DNA of 64,000 nucleotides from contig CAZVZU010000001.1 in the NCBI GenBank assembly GCA_964631685.1, positions 1 to 64,000 on the forward strand, given 5' to 3'. Positions 17,877 to 27,903 of the stretch are shown piece after piece; position 1 is the stretch's first letter; every line of letters starts with the position of its first letter. The notes beneath the pieces are model-generated. The model was not told where the DNA came from. It saw only the letters and a list, made by a program, of their open reading frames with translations, and searched no databases. This DNA is from an uncultured Actinomycetes bacterium. Lineage in GTDB: Bacteria; SZUA-79; Acidulodesulfobacterales; Acidulodesulfobacteraceae. Both the position numbers and the translations under genes were made by a program.

Positions 17877-18641
17877 ATGCCAGAACAAGACGAAATCAAA
17901 GTAAACGTCAAGGATCTTAATTTTTATTACGGAAATTATCATCTTTTGAAAAATATAAACTTGTATTTTAAAAAGAATTCGGTTTGCACATTACTTGGAC
18001 CCTCCGGATGTGGAAAATCAACCTTTTTGAGAACGATAAATAGAATGAACGACTATACAGAGGGGGCTAAATTAACCGGTGATGTTCTGATAGACGGAAA
18101 GAATATATACAATAAGTCTGTTGATGTCGTGGAACTGAGAAGAAATATTGGTATGGTTTTTCAAAATCCTAATCCTTTCCCTAAATCTATTTTTGACAAT
18201 GTTGCTTTCGGATTAAAAATACACGGTATCAAGGATAAGGATTTTATTATCGAAAGGGTTGAAAAATGCCTTAAATATGCAGGTCTTTTTGAAGAGGTTA
18301 AGGACAAACTTCATAAGTCTGCTTTTTCGCTTTCAGGTGGACAGCAACAAAGACTGTGTATTGCGAGGGCTATTGCCACAAATCCATCCGTGCTTTTGAT
18401 GGACGAACCTACAGCTTTTTTAGACCCTGTATCGTCTAGTATTATAATGGACTTAATCACAACATTTAAAAAATATTATACTATAATAGTGGTAAGTCAT
18501 AATGTTCAACAAGCAGGCAGAATTTCAGATTACAGCGGATTTTTTCTTGATGGTGAGCTTGTAGAGTTTGATGAGGCCGGTAATTTCTTTACGAGACCTA
18601 AGGACAAAAGGACGGAAGATTTTATAACCAGTAGATACTAA
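17877..18641 (+). CDS. pstB: Phosphate ABC transporter ATPase
   Basis: GPSGCGKST, VFQNPNPFPKSIFDN, LSGGQQQRLCIARA. Confidence 0.97.
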   Translation: MPEQDEIKVNVKDLNFYYGNYHLLKNINLYFKKNSVCTLLGPSGCGKSTFLRTINRMNDYTEGAKLTGDVLIDGKNIYNKSVDVVELRRNIGMVFQNPNPFPKSIFDNVAFGLKIHGIKDKDFIIERVEKCLKYAGLFEEVKDKLHKSAFSLSGGQQQRLCIARAIATNPSVLLMDEPTAFLDPVSSSIIMDLITTFKKYYTIIVVSHNVQQAGRISDYSGFFLDGELVEFDEAGNFFTRPKDKRTEDFITSRY

Positions 18642-18699
18642 GTGGTTGACTATTTATATTAATTAATTTTTAAACTAAATAAGGATGTGAATTTACTAA

Positions 18700-19380
18700 A
18701 TGAATGCATTAGATAAAGAACTTATAAAGCTAAAACGAAGTGTTGTAGAAATGAGTGAGATTGTAAACAGCCAGCTTAATAATGCTACCAAGTTTCTTTT
18801 TGAAAGAGACAATAAAATTGCTGAAGACACCATTAAAAATGATCTCAAGATAAATTCCGCCGAAGTTGATATTAACGGAAGCTGCATAAAGCTTTTAGCA
18901 TTATATCAGCCTGAAGCGGCGGATTTAATGTTTATAACAACATCAATGAAGGTAATAACCGATCTTGAAAGGATGGGGGATTTGTGTGCGTCTATTTGTC
19001 AAATAGGGCTCAAACTGTTAAACACTCTTTCGCTTTCAGAAGGATTTAAGTGCATCGGATCTTATTTTGAGGATGTTGCAGAAAGGGGTGATGAAATGCT
19101 TAAGATGGCTATGAAGATGTATTCTGATGGTGTGAGGGATAATATTGAGTTAAAAGATATTATCATAAAGGACGAAAATGTTATTGATGTGTTATCCCAT
19201 AAAATTGTAGTCGATGTCATGAATATTTCTGCAAAAAATTTAGAAGCGTTGGAGAGCAATATAACATATATATTTATAGCAAGAAAATATGAAAGATTTG
19301 CCGACCATGCGCAAAAGATTATGGAACTCTTGCTTTACATGGATCTCGGAAAAGATGTGAGAAATCTACCGGAGTTCTAA
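18700..19380 (+). CDS. phoU: Phosphate signalling protein PhoU
   Basis: LALYQPEAADL, DLERMGD, ERFADH; follows pstB. Confidence 0.93.
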   Translation: MNALDKELIKLKRSVVEMSEIVNSQLNNATKFLFERDNKIAEDTIKNDLKINSAEVDINGSCIKLLALYQPEAADLMFITTSMKVITDLERMGDLCASICQIGLKLLNTLSLSEGFKCIGSYFEDVAERGDEMLKMAMKMYSDGVRDNIELKDIIIKDENVIDVLSHKIVVDVMNISAKNLEALESNITYIFIARKYERFADHAQKIMELLLYMDLGKDVRNLPEF

Positions 19381-19387
19381 CCTTCCC

Positions 19388-20224
19388 TTATTTTTCGTTG
19401 GAGTATCTCGGGTCAAAAGCATCTCTTACCGCTTCGCCAATTAAGTTAAAGCCGAGAACCGTTAAGAGAATGGCTATGCCTGGAAAAAGGGTAAGCCACC
19501 ATGCAACCATTATATAAGTTTTTCCTCTTGAAAGCATTCCTCCCCAACTTGGTGTGGGTGGCATGATTCCTATTCCGAGAAAAGCAAGCGAAGCTTGGAT
19601 TAATATGGCTGTCGCAATGCCCAATGTTGCCGATACTAAAATGGGAGCAATCGTGTTCGGTAGTATTTCAGAAAACATTATGTAGGGCGCAGAGGCGCCT
19701 GAAGCCTTTGCTGCTAGCACATAGTCTTTTTCTTTATTTTGTGTAAATTCTGCCCGTATGATTCTTGCGACCCCCATCCATGATGTAAGCCCTATTATAA
19801 TCATAATATTAATTATAGAGGGTTTTAATATTGCGCTGGCGGCAAGAATTAAAAAAAATGATGGGAATGTTAGCATTATATCTACAAATCTCATTAATAC
19901 ACTGTCAACCATACCGCCGTAGTAACCTGCATACGAGCCGATGATAATTCCTATAAACAGAGAGATAGAAACAGCAATAAATCCTACTTCTATTGAAATC
20001 CTACTGCCGTAGATAAGCCTTGACAGTGCATCTCTTCCCAGCTGATCCGTGCCAAGTGGGTGGGTAAAACTTGGATGTAATAAAATATTTGCCACATTAA
20101 TTTTGTTGGGGTTATACGGAGCAATAAAAGGGGCAAATATCGCGATCAAAATGACAATTAAAATAAATATAAGGGAAATTAGCGCCAATTTATTCTTCTT
20201 GAAAGCATCAATAAGCTCATTCAT
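19388..20224 (-). CDS. Peptide/nickel ABC transporter permease (DppC/OppC family)
   Basis: HPLGTDQLGRD..SRLIYGSRIS, FLGIG..PPTPSWG. Confidence 0.93.
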   Translation of the reverse strand: MNELIDAFKKNKLALISLIFILIVILIAIFAPFIAPYNPNKINVANILLHPSFTHPLGTDQLGRDALSRLIYGSRISIEVGFIAVSISLFIGIIIGSYAGYYGGMVDSVLMRFVDIMLTFPSFFLILAASAILKPSIINIMIIIGLTSWMGVARIIRAEFTQNKEKDYVLAAKASGASAPYIMFSEILPNTIAPILVSATLGIATAILIQASLAFLGIGIMPPTPSWGGMLSRGKTYIMVAWWLTLFPGIAILLTVLGFNLIGEAVRDAFDPRYSNEK

Positions 20225-20361
20225 AGGATTTAAATATGGTGTGATTAAAATATTTTATTTATTATATTCATTTCAAAACAAATCTTTAGTATTGTATAAT
20301 AAACAAAAATAAAAAACTATAATTCGTTTGCCGAAATATCGGACTAAAAAGATTATAAACT

Positions 20362-21333
20362 ATGGGCATCTACATTTTTAAGAGAATTTTATTCATGGCA
20401 CCGATATTAATCGGAATTACGCTTATATCTTTTTTTGTTATTCATCTCGCACCAGGAAATCCCCTTACCGAACAGTTGGGGCTAAACCCTAAAGTATCTA
20501 TGTCGGCAAGGGTTCAGCTTAAAAAACTATATGGCTTAAATAAACCCTTGATAACGCAATATGCAGATTGGCTGAAAAGAATAGCCACATTTAACTTTGG
20601 ATTATCATTTACCGCCAATCATGAGCCCGTCATAACAGAGATTAAAAGAACAATCGGTATCACTATTGTCATAAATGCATTTGCAATAGTATTTATCTTT
20701 TTATTTTCAATACCCATAGGAGTATTGTCTGCGGTAAAACAGAATTCTTTATTTGATAAAATATCTACCGTTCTTATTTTTATAGGTTTTGCCGCTCCGT
20801 CCTTTTGGGTGGCGCTGTTACTTATAATTTTTTTTGGGATAGATTTGCATATTTTGCCGATAGGGGGAGTAACCTCTATTAATTACAGTTTCCTTCCTTT
20901 ATGGGGAAAACTTATTGATATTGGAAAACATCTGATTATGCCGGTTTTTGTTTCTGGATTTGGTGGTATCGCGGGTCTTTCTATGTATTTAAGGGGAAAC
21001 ATGCTTGAGGTATACAGACAGGAATATATTATGACTGCCAGGGCAAAAGGCCTGAAGGAATGGGCGGTTATTTATAGGCATGCTTTAAAAAATGCCCTTA
21101 TTCCGTTCATTACAATATTAGGACTAAGCATTCCCGGCCTTATAGGCGGAAGTGTAATAATAGAGACTATATTCGACATAAACGGTATGGGACGGCTATT
21201 TTATCAAAGCGTTCTTGCCCGAGACTATCCAACCATAATGGGAATATTGGTTATAGGCGCCATTCTTACACTTCTTGGTAATTTGACGGCAGACATAGCA
21301 TATGCCATAGTTGATCCGAGATTAAGAAAGTAA
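20362..21333 (+). CDS. Peptide/nickel ABC transporter permease (DppB/OppB family)
   Basis: HLAPGNP, YIMTARAKGL, HALKNAL, RDYP, DPR. Confidence 0.93.
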   Translation: MGIYIFKRILFMAPILIGITLISFFVIHLAPGNPLTEQLGLNPKVSMSARVQLKKLYGLNKPLITQYADWLKRIATFNFGLSFTANHEPVITEIKRTIGITIVINAFAIVFIFLFSIPIGVLSAVKQNSLFDKISTVLIFIGFAAPSFWVALLLIIFFGIDLHILPIGGVTSINYSFLPLWGKLIDIGKHLIMPVFVSGFGGIAGLSMYLRGNMLEVYRQEYIMTARAKGLKEWAVIYRHALKNALIPFITILGLSIPGLIGGSVIIETIFDINGMGRLFYQSVLARDYPTIMGILVIGAILTLLGNLTADIAYAIVDPRLRK

Positions 21334-21430
21334 CAAGTACGGGACGATTAATATTGAAAAAGTACCATGCCTATGGTAAGATTGTAAACGCTTTATTTTA
21401 TCATATTACACTAAACACAAGGTATATAAG

Positions 21431-22318
21431 ATGCACATTAAATTCACTAAACTTCAGGGCGCGGGTAATGATTATCTATATTTAGATGCCATAAACGATT
21501 TGCCGGAGTGCGTAGCAGGCGATGATAGTTTTTATAGTAAATTGGCCATTAAGGCAAGTGATAGGCACTTTGGTGTCGGCTCAGATGGTGTCATAGTTAT
21601 ATTGCCTCCGTCTTCTATGAAGACGGATTTTAGGATGAGAATGTTTAACGCCGATGGTTCTGAAGGTGAGATGTGCGGAAACGGGATAAGATGCTTCGCC
21701 AAGTATGTTTATGATCACCGCCTTACGAACAATAAGGTTATGACCATAGAGACATTAGCGGGTGTCAGAACCGTTGAGGTGTTCCTAGAAGATGGCAAGG
21801 TGCGAGAGGCTAAAGTGTTTATGGGGATTCCAACCTTTGAAGCTTCTAAAATTCCAACTAACGTTAAGACCCCCTACATCATTGAAGAAAAATTAGATGT
21901 TAAGGGAAGCAATTTTGAAATCTCATGCGTTTCTATGGGCAACCCTCACTGCATAATATTTGTCGATGATGTAAAAAATTTCGATGTTCATTTTTACGGA
22001 CCGCTTATAGAAAACAATAAAATGTTTCCTAATAGGATTAATGTTGAATTTGTTCAGATTTTGGACGATGAAAATGTATCGGTCAGGACGTGGGAGAGAG
22101 GCGCAGGTGAGACATTGGCTTGCGGGACAGGAGCATGCGCCGTATATTCGGTGATGAAAAAAATAGATAAAATTAAGTGTGGTGGTTTAAATGTGAATCT
22201 TTACGGTGGTATGCTGAAAATTTCGGGAGAATTAAAAGATGGTATATACATGATCGGACCGGCAGAGGAGGTTTTTACCGGATACTTTAATTTACCGGTG
22301 GGGGTTCGGAATCTATAA
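21431..22318 (+). CDS. dapF: Diaminopimelate epimerase
   Basis: GAGND, NADGSEGEMCGNG, MGNPH, ERGAGETLACGTG. Confidence 0.97.
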   Translation: MHIKFTKLQGAGNDYLYLDAINDLPECVAGDDSFYSKLAIKASDRHFGVGSDGVIVILPPSSMKTDFRMRMFNADGSEGEMCGNGIRCFAKYVYDHRLTNNKVMTIETLAGVRTVEVFLEDGKVREAKVFMGIPTFEASKIPTNVKTPYIIEEKLDVKGSNFEISCVSMGNPHCIIFVDDVKNFDVHFYGPLIENNKMFPNRINVEFVQILDDENVSVRTWERGAGETLACGTGACAVYSVMKKIDKIKCGGLNVNLYGGMLKISGELKDGIYMIGPAEEVFTGYFNLPVGVRNL

Positions 22319-22377
22319 CAGCGTAGTTATAGCTAATGACAGTTTAACCATTGCGGTTAAAGTGATATAGTAGCGAC

Positions 22378-24360
22378 ATGCCAAAGTTACTTAAAATATT
22401 ATTTTTTTTCCTGCCTATTATTATTTTTATCTCAGTTTTTATAAATGCGGAACGGTCTTTTGCGTACACGACAAATGATGTATATTTTAAAGAGGCATAC
22501 AATTTTTACAAGATTGGTAATTGCAAGAAAGCTGAGAGTTTGTTCTGGTTATACACTCTCAAGGGGAGATTGTTAGTTAGTTATTCATTGTACTATCAGG
22601 GTGTATGTTTTGTAAAACTGAAGGATTACCGTAAGGCAGATTTTGTGCTGTCCAAGTTAATTAGTAAATATCGCAATTTTGTTTTTTATAAAAATGCTGT
22701 TTCTTATCTTGCCCTTTCCGAAAAAAAGAATGGATATTCATATTCGTCGATAAGACATTTTAAATATGTCGTTAAACATACGACGGCATTATCTGCAAGG
22801 TCGAATGCAATTTTTCAGATAGCTAAAATATACTTAAATTTAAAGCATTATGCCAAGGCAAGAAGTTACTTACTACTACTTTATATCCACTATCCCTATT
22901 TTTCACAAAAACATAATGTTGGTGCAATGTTAAAGCACATTCCTAATTTTAGTGGCGTGTATCTATCAAAATCTCAGAGAATTGAAAGAGCATCCGCCTT
23001 ATATTATAGTTCCTATTATACAAAGGCATGGAATTTACTATTGGGCATAAAAAGCAAGAAAACCACTTTTATGAGGATTAACATTCTGCTTAAGACAAAA
23101 AAACCCTTGTGCCTAAAAGACATTAACAAATTGTTAAGGCAGGATGGTGAAGGCAGGGTATACGGTGAATCGTTGAAACTCTTATATCTACAGGCCTATT
23201 ATTACTATTATGTTCTGCACAAGCAAAATAAAGCCCTTAAACGGTTGAAATTTATATTAAGAGAAAAAGGACATTTAAATAAACAGGGTATGCTTATATA
23301 TAGGTCGATAGTTTGGCATAGTTTTTTGGCCGAATTAAGAAGCGGAGAAATTATAAAAGCACGAGAAAGCATAGAATTGCTCTTAAATAAGAGAGAAAGC
23401 TATAGGAATAATGCAAAATACCTATTCTGGTATGGGATTGTGTTAAAAAAACTTGGCATGATAAATAAGGCCTCATTCTATTTTGATATAGCAAAAAATG
23501 CTCCAGTTTTTTCATATTACGCTATGATGTCGAGGATAGAGATGAAAACTCCGCTGGAGTTAAATAAGCATAAAAAATTAGATTTCAGAAAATTTTTAAT
23601 ATCCTTTGATAAAATATTGCGACAAAATAGTTATTTAAGAATTTTACTTGAACGATTCAAAGTGTTGTCTAACCTCAAGATTCAATTATTGGCGAATATT
23701 GAGGCGCAAAATATTATAGGACAGATTAAAATATTAACAAAGCATAATGGAAGCCTTAAGTATGCGACTTTAATGAGTGCGATTTATATTATGGATAAGT
23801 ATGGCAATTATGGATATGCTTCCAAGATAGCTACAATTTTATTATATGGTAGCAATGGCAGGCTTCTAGCTAAAAATATGAATTTTTTAAGATTGGCTTA
23901 TCCAAAACCATATTTTTTTTATGTAAACAGATATGCAAATCGTTACGATATTCCCGGTAATCTTATCTATGCAGTTATGAGACAGGAAAGCTTTTACGAT
24001 CCATCTAGTTTCTCGAGCGCTAATGCAATTGGACTTATGCAGATAATACCCACCACTGGGTATTATATTGCCGATAAGGTCGGGCATTATGATTTTAATC
24101 CGTCTATGCTCTACTCGAAAAATATAAATATTAAATTTGGATCCTACTATTTAAAAACTCTATTAAACCGATTTGGTAATAAAAAATATCTTGCCGTGGC
24201 ATCCTATAATGCCGGACCGGATGTTGTAGGTTACTGGAAAGATTCTTTGTTTAAGAGAGACAATATGCTATTATTCATCGAATCTATTCCTTTTAGTCAA
24301 ACAAGAAACTATGTGAAAAAAGTTCTAAGAAATTATTATCTGTACAATGCGATATATTGA
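22378..24360 (+). CDS. slt: Soluble lytic murein transglycosylase with TPR-like helical region
   Basis: Signal peptide; RQES, AIGLMQI, YNAGP, TRNYV motifs. Confidence 0.88.
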   Translation: MPKLLKILFFFLPIIIFISVFINAERSFAYTTNDVYFKEAYNFYKIGNCKKAESLFWLYTLKGRLLVSYSLYYQGVCFVKLKDYRKADFVLSKLISKYRNFVFYKNAVSYLALSEKKNGYSYSSIRHFKYVVKHTTALSARSNAIFQIAKIYLNLKHYAKARSYLLLLYIHYPYFSQKHNVGAMLKHIPNFSGVYLSKSQRIERASALYYSSYYTKAWNLLLGIKSKKTTFMRINILLKTKKPLCLKDINKLLRQDGEGRVYGESLKLLYLQAYYYYYVLHKQNKALKRLKFILREKGHLNKQGMLIYRSIVWHSFLAELRSGEIIKARESIELLLNKRESYRNNAKYLFWYGIVLKKLGMINKASFYFDIAKNAPVFSYYAMMSRIEMKTPLELNKHKKLDFRKFLISFDKILRQNSYLRILLERFKVLSNLKIQLLANIEAQNIIGQIKILTKHNGSLKYATLMSAIYIMDKYGNYGYASKIATILLYGSNGRLLAKNMNFLRLAYPKPYFFYVNRYANRYDIPGNLIYAVMRQESFYDPSSFSSANAIGLMQIIPTTGYYIADKVGHYDFNPSMLYSKNINIKFGSYYLKTLLNRFGNKKYLAVASYNAGPDVVGYWKDSLFKRDNMLLFIESIPFSQTRNYVKKVLRNYYLYNAIY

Positions 24361-24430
24361 TATGTGTGCAACTGAAAGACAATGATAGACCGAAAACCAA
24401 ACGGTTAAACACTGAAGGGGCGAGACTTAT

Positions 24431-26446
24431 ATGCAAGACGATCTGATAGCAAAAATGAAGATAGATAAATTGGTTGATGATATAAATTATCACAACTACC
24501 GTTACTATATGCTAGAGGATCCTATTCTATCCGATTATGAATTTGACAAATTAGTTGAGGAGTTGTTGGACCTTGAAAGTAAATACCCCCGGTATGTAAG
24601 GGTAGATTCTCCTTCCAGGAGGGTTGGCGGTGCTGCGAGTGAAAAATTTATGCAGGTAAAACACACTGTCCCTATGCTTTCACTGAGTAATACCTACTCA
24701 AAAGAGGAAATCATAGAATTTGATAAAAAGACCAAGAGATTTTTAGGTCGTGATCGTGATATTGAATATGAATGCGAACTTAAATTTGATGGTCTTGCGG
24801 TGGAACTTGTGTATAAAAATGGTATCTTTATTCAGGGTTCTACGAGGGGCAACGGGATAATAGGCGAAGACATTACGGAAAATTTAAAGACTATAAAAAC
24901 CATACCGCTTAAGCTCTTAAAAGACGTAGCTTATCTTGAAGTTCGCGGTGAAGTTATGATGGATAAAGTGAGTTTTAAAAGATTGAATATTGAGAGAATA
25001 AGAGATGGATTACCACCATTTGCAAATCCTAGAAATGCCGCATCTGGCAGTATGAGGCAGCTTGATGCCAAGATTACTGCGCAGAGGAATCTAATAATGT
25101 TTATATATGGTACGGGAGAGTATTCAGGAGATGTTAATTTTAAAACACAGTTTGAGCTTATAAATTTTCTGAAATCCTTAGGGTTTAATGTGAATAAACA
25201 TTTAAGGGTTGCGAACGGTATTACGGAAGCGGTGGATTTTTTTAACGATATTGCAAAAAAAAGGGAATCTCTTCCCTTTGGAATAGATGGTATTGTTATA
25301 AAGGTAAATGATATATTAATTCAACGTAGTCTTGGTGAGATTTCTAAAAGTCCGAGGTGGGCAACCGCGTACAAATTTTCTGCTCAGCAAGGGGTCTCTA
25401 CCATAGAAAATATAGAGATATCAGTCGGCAGAACCGGGATATTAACGCCTGTTGCAATCTTGAATCCCGTAAATATCAGCGGTGTTGTTATTAAAAGGGC
25501 AACACTCCATAATCAAGACGAAATAAGTAAAAAAAATATTAATATCGGGGACAAGGTTACGGTAGAGCGCTCCGGGGACGTTATACCGGAGGTTATCAAT
25601 GTTATCGTTAAGGGAAAACTGGATAGCGGATTTAGTCTTCCCGACAAATGTCCGTGTTGTGGGTCGAATGTCATAATAGACGGAGCGGCGCGTAGGTGCG
25701 TGAATGAACTTTCTTGCCCATGTCAGATTAAGGGTGCTATAGTGCATTTTGCGTCAAAAAAGGCTATGAACATAGAAGGGCTCGGGGAAAAAATAGTGGA
25801 CAGGCTGGTTGAAGCGGGGCTAATCAAAAATGTAGCTGATATTTATTATCTAAAATCCGGTGATTTAAGCAGTTTGGTGGGGTTTAGAGAAAAATCAGAG
25901 AAAAAACTTTTTAATTCTATTGAAAAATCAAAGAATATATCTTATGATAGATTTATCTATGCGTTAGGCATAAGGCATGTAGGTGAACATATCGCTTCTT
26001 TGATTGTTCGTTATTTTGGTAATATAAACGGTATTAAACATGCGACAATTCAAGAGCTTTCGTCAAAGTTTGGTATAGGGGATGAGATAGGGAAGTCTAT
26101 ATATGATTTTTTTGAACTCAAATCTAATATCTATGTTATAGAAAGGCTTTTTGATGCAGGCGTTTTGCCGCACATAGCAGATATCGTTAAACCTGATGAG
26201 TCCACTGCAATAGCGGGTAAGAGCTTTATTTTTACAGGTGTTTTAAGCGATTTTACCAGAGATGAAGCAGAGAGCCTGGTAAAAAAACGGGGCGGAATTA
26301 TTGAAAAAACCGTAAAAAAGAGCTTGGGTTATGTTGTTTGTGGTAGGGATCCGGGTTCTAAACGTGCTAAAGCCATTAAGCTTGGGCTTAAGATAATAGG
26401 GGAGGATGAGTTCAAAACCTTAGCGAATACGGGTTCAATAAAATAA
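24431..26446 (+). CDS. ligA: NAD-dependent DNA ligase
   Basis: ELKFDG, TRGNG, NPRNAASGS, Zn finger, HhH, BRCT. Confidence 0.98.
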   Translation: MQDDLIAKMKIDKLVDDINYHNYRYYMLEDPILSDYEFDKLVEELLDLESKYPRYVRVDSPSRRVGGAASEKFMQVKHTVPMLSLSNTYSKEEIIEFDKKTKRFLGRDRDIEYECELKFDGLAVELVYKNGIFIQGSTRGNGIIGEDITENLKTIKTIPLKLLKDVAYLEVRGEVMMDKVSFKRLNIERIRDGLPPFANPRNAASGSMRQLDAKITAQRNLIMFIYGTGEYSGDVNFKTQFELINFLKSLGFNVNKHLRVANGITEAVDFFNDIAKKRESLPFGIDGIVIKVNDILIQRSLGEISKSPRWATAYKFSAQQGVSTIENIEISVGRTGILTPVAILNPVNISGVVIKRATLHNQDEISKKNINIGDKVTVERSGDVIPEVINVIVKGKLDSGFSLPDKCPCCGSNVIIDGAARRCVNELSCPCQIKGAIVHFASKKAMNIEGLGEKIVDRLVEAGLIKNVADIYYLKSGDLSSLVGFREKSEKKLFNSIEKSKNISYDRFIYALGIRHVGEHIASLIVRYFGNINGIKHATIQELSSKFGIGDEIGKSIYDFFELKSNIYVIERLFDAGVLPHIADIVKPDESTAIAGKSFIFTGVLSDFTRDEAESLVKKRGGIIEKTVKKSLGYVVCGRDPGSKRAKAIKLGLKIIGEDEFKTLANTGSIK

Positions 26447-26490
26447 GAGATATTAATTTTAATTTTAAAAATAAAGCTTATTATAGGGGT

Positions 26491-27903
26491 GTGATTATGT
26501 CAAAAGTTTTAGGCAATTTCAAGGCGCTGTGTTTTTTTGCCATTTTGTTTATTTTCTCAGTATTTACAAGTTTATCCATTTATATTCCGTTATCGCAGGC
26601 TTTTCAGACCCCTAGTCTGGCAAGTAGCATTCCTGTGGGAAAGTTTCCTTACGGCGTTGCTTTTTCCTCCAACGGCAATTATGCCCTCGTCACAAATGCA
26701 GACGATAATACCGTTTCGGTTGTGAGTATGGCGTCAAGGGGGATTGTTGCATCTATTAAAGTTGGATCTCACCCTACGGGCGTTGCGATTGCCCCATCTC
26801 TTACCTTCGCTTATGTGTGCAATACCGCTTCCGGTAATGTGAGTGTTTTAAACATGACGGCTATCACTAAGACGCTCAACATAAATACGGGTGGTAATCC
26901 CGTTGGTGTAGTTTTTACCCCTGATTCAAAGTTTGCCTTTGTTACTAATATTCATGATAATGCGGTTGATGTAATCAATACTAGGCAAAATGCCATTATT
27001 AAAAGGATTCGTGTAGGAAAAAGTCCTCAGGGCATCGCAGTTTCACCGAACGGAAAAATTGTCTTGGTTGCAAATGCGGGAAATGCTTCAGTCTCTATCA
27101 TTAACGTCGCATCATTGAGCGTTATAAGAGAGATACATACGGGAAAGAACCCGACAAGTATTGCATTTTCACCATCCGGTTCACCTGTTCATTATTTTTA
27201 TGTTGCATCTGGTAAGGAAGACATGATCTATGTTTACAATTCTAAAAATTTCGCTTTTGTAAATAAATTTAAAACCTTATCCGATCCTTCATCAATAAGT
27301 GTAACACCTAACGGGATAATGCTGTTTGTTGTTAACTACCAAAATATGTCAGCAGAGATTTTTAATGCCATTCACTTTAATAGGATTCAAACAATAAATT
27401 TACCAACCGGACCTATAAATGTTGCGGTATCTCCTAATGGCAGCGTAGCCTTAGTGACCGTCACATCGGCTTCAAGTGTTGCCCTGATAAGGATTAAGAA
27501 AGTAGCGACGGCTTATACACAAGTGGCGCCCATTTTGTCTATGGCGCGAGGAACGATATCTCCTGCGGCAACTAAAGTTACGTCTCCGATAGCGTCTTCT
27601 CCGGTTATCACTGCCGCATCTTCTAATTATGTTCCTAAACCGTTTGGAAAGATTGCTACTGTTTATACCGGTAAGGGACCTACTGCAGAGGCGATAACCG
27701 CAGATGGTAAATATTTATATATCGTGAATACCCAGGGTTCTGAATTGACTGTTGTGGATATTGCCAAGAATGAAGTGGTTAAGAGTGTTAAGGTTGGTAA
27801 GTATCCTACTGCGATCATTATATCTCCTGACGGACATTACTGTTTTGTGACAAATTCAAGTTCTGATACGGTAACAATAATTTCTACGGGCAATTACTAT
27901 TGA
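26491..27903 (+). CDS. Exported YVTN/YncE-type beta-propeller repeat protein
   Basis: Signal peptide; repeated VG..P.GVA.SP.G..A.VTN units; Ser/Thr/Pro/Ala linker and two extra repeats at the C-terminus. Confidence 0.88.
   Translation: MIMSKVLGNFKALCFFAILFIFSVFTSLSIYIPLSQAFQTPSLASSIPVGKFPYGVAFSSNGNYALVTNADDNTVSVVSMASRGIVASIKVGSHPTGVAIAPSLTFAYVCNTASGNVSVLNMTAITKTLNINTGGNPVGVVFTPDSKFAFVTNIHDNAVDVINTRQNAIIKRIRVGKSPQGIAVSPNGKIVLVANAGNASVSIINVASLSVIREIHTGKNPTSIAFSPSGSPVHYFYVASGKEDMIYVYNSKNFAFVNKFKTLSDPSSISVTPNGIMLFVVNYQNMSAEIFNAIHFNRIQTINLPTGPINVAVSPNGSVALVTVTSASSVALIRIKKVATAYTQVAPILSMARGTISPAATKVTSPIASSPVITAASSNYVPKPFGKIATVYTGKGPTAEAITADGKYLYIVNTQGSELTVVDIAKNEVVKSVKVGKYPTAIIISPDGHYCFVTNSSSDTVTIISTGNYY

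Noticed and set aside
26491..27903. Beta-propeller as a second or lactonase-type N2O reductase, or a nitrite reductase
   Set aside because: No CuZ-like His motifs, no CuA domain, no CxxCH, and not linked to the nos cluster.
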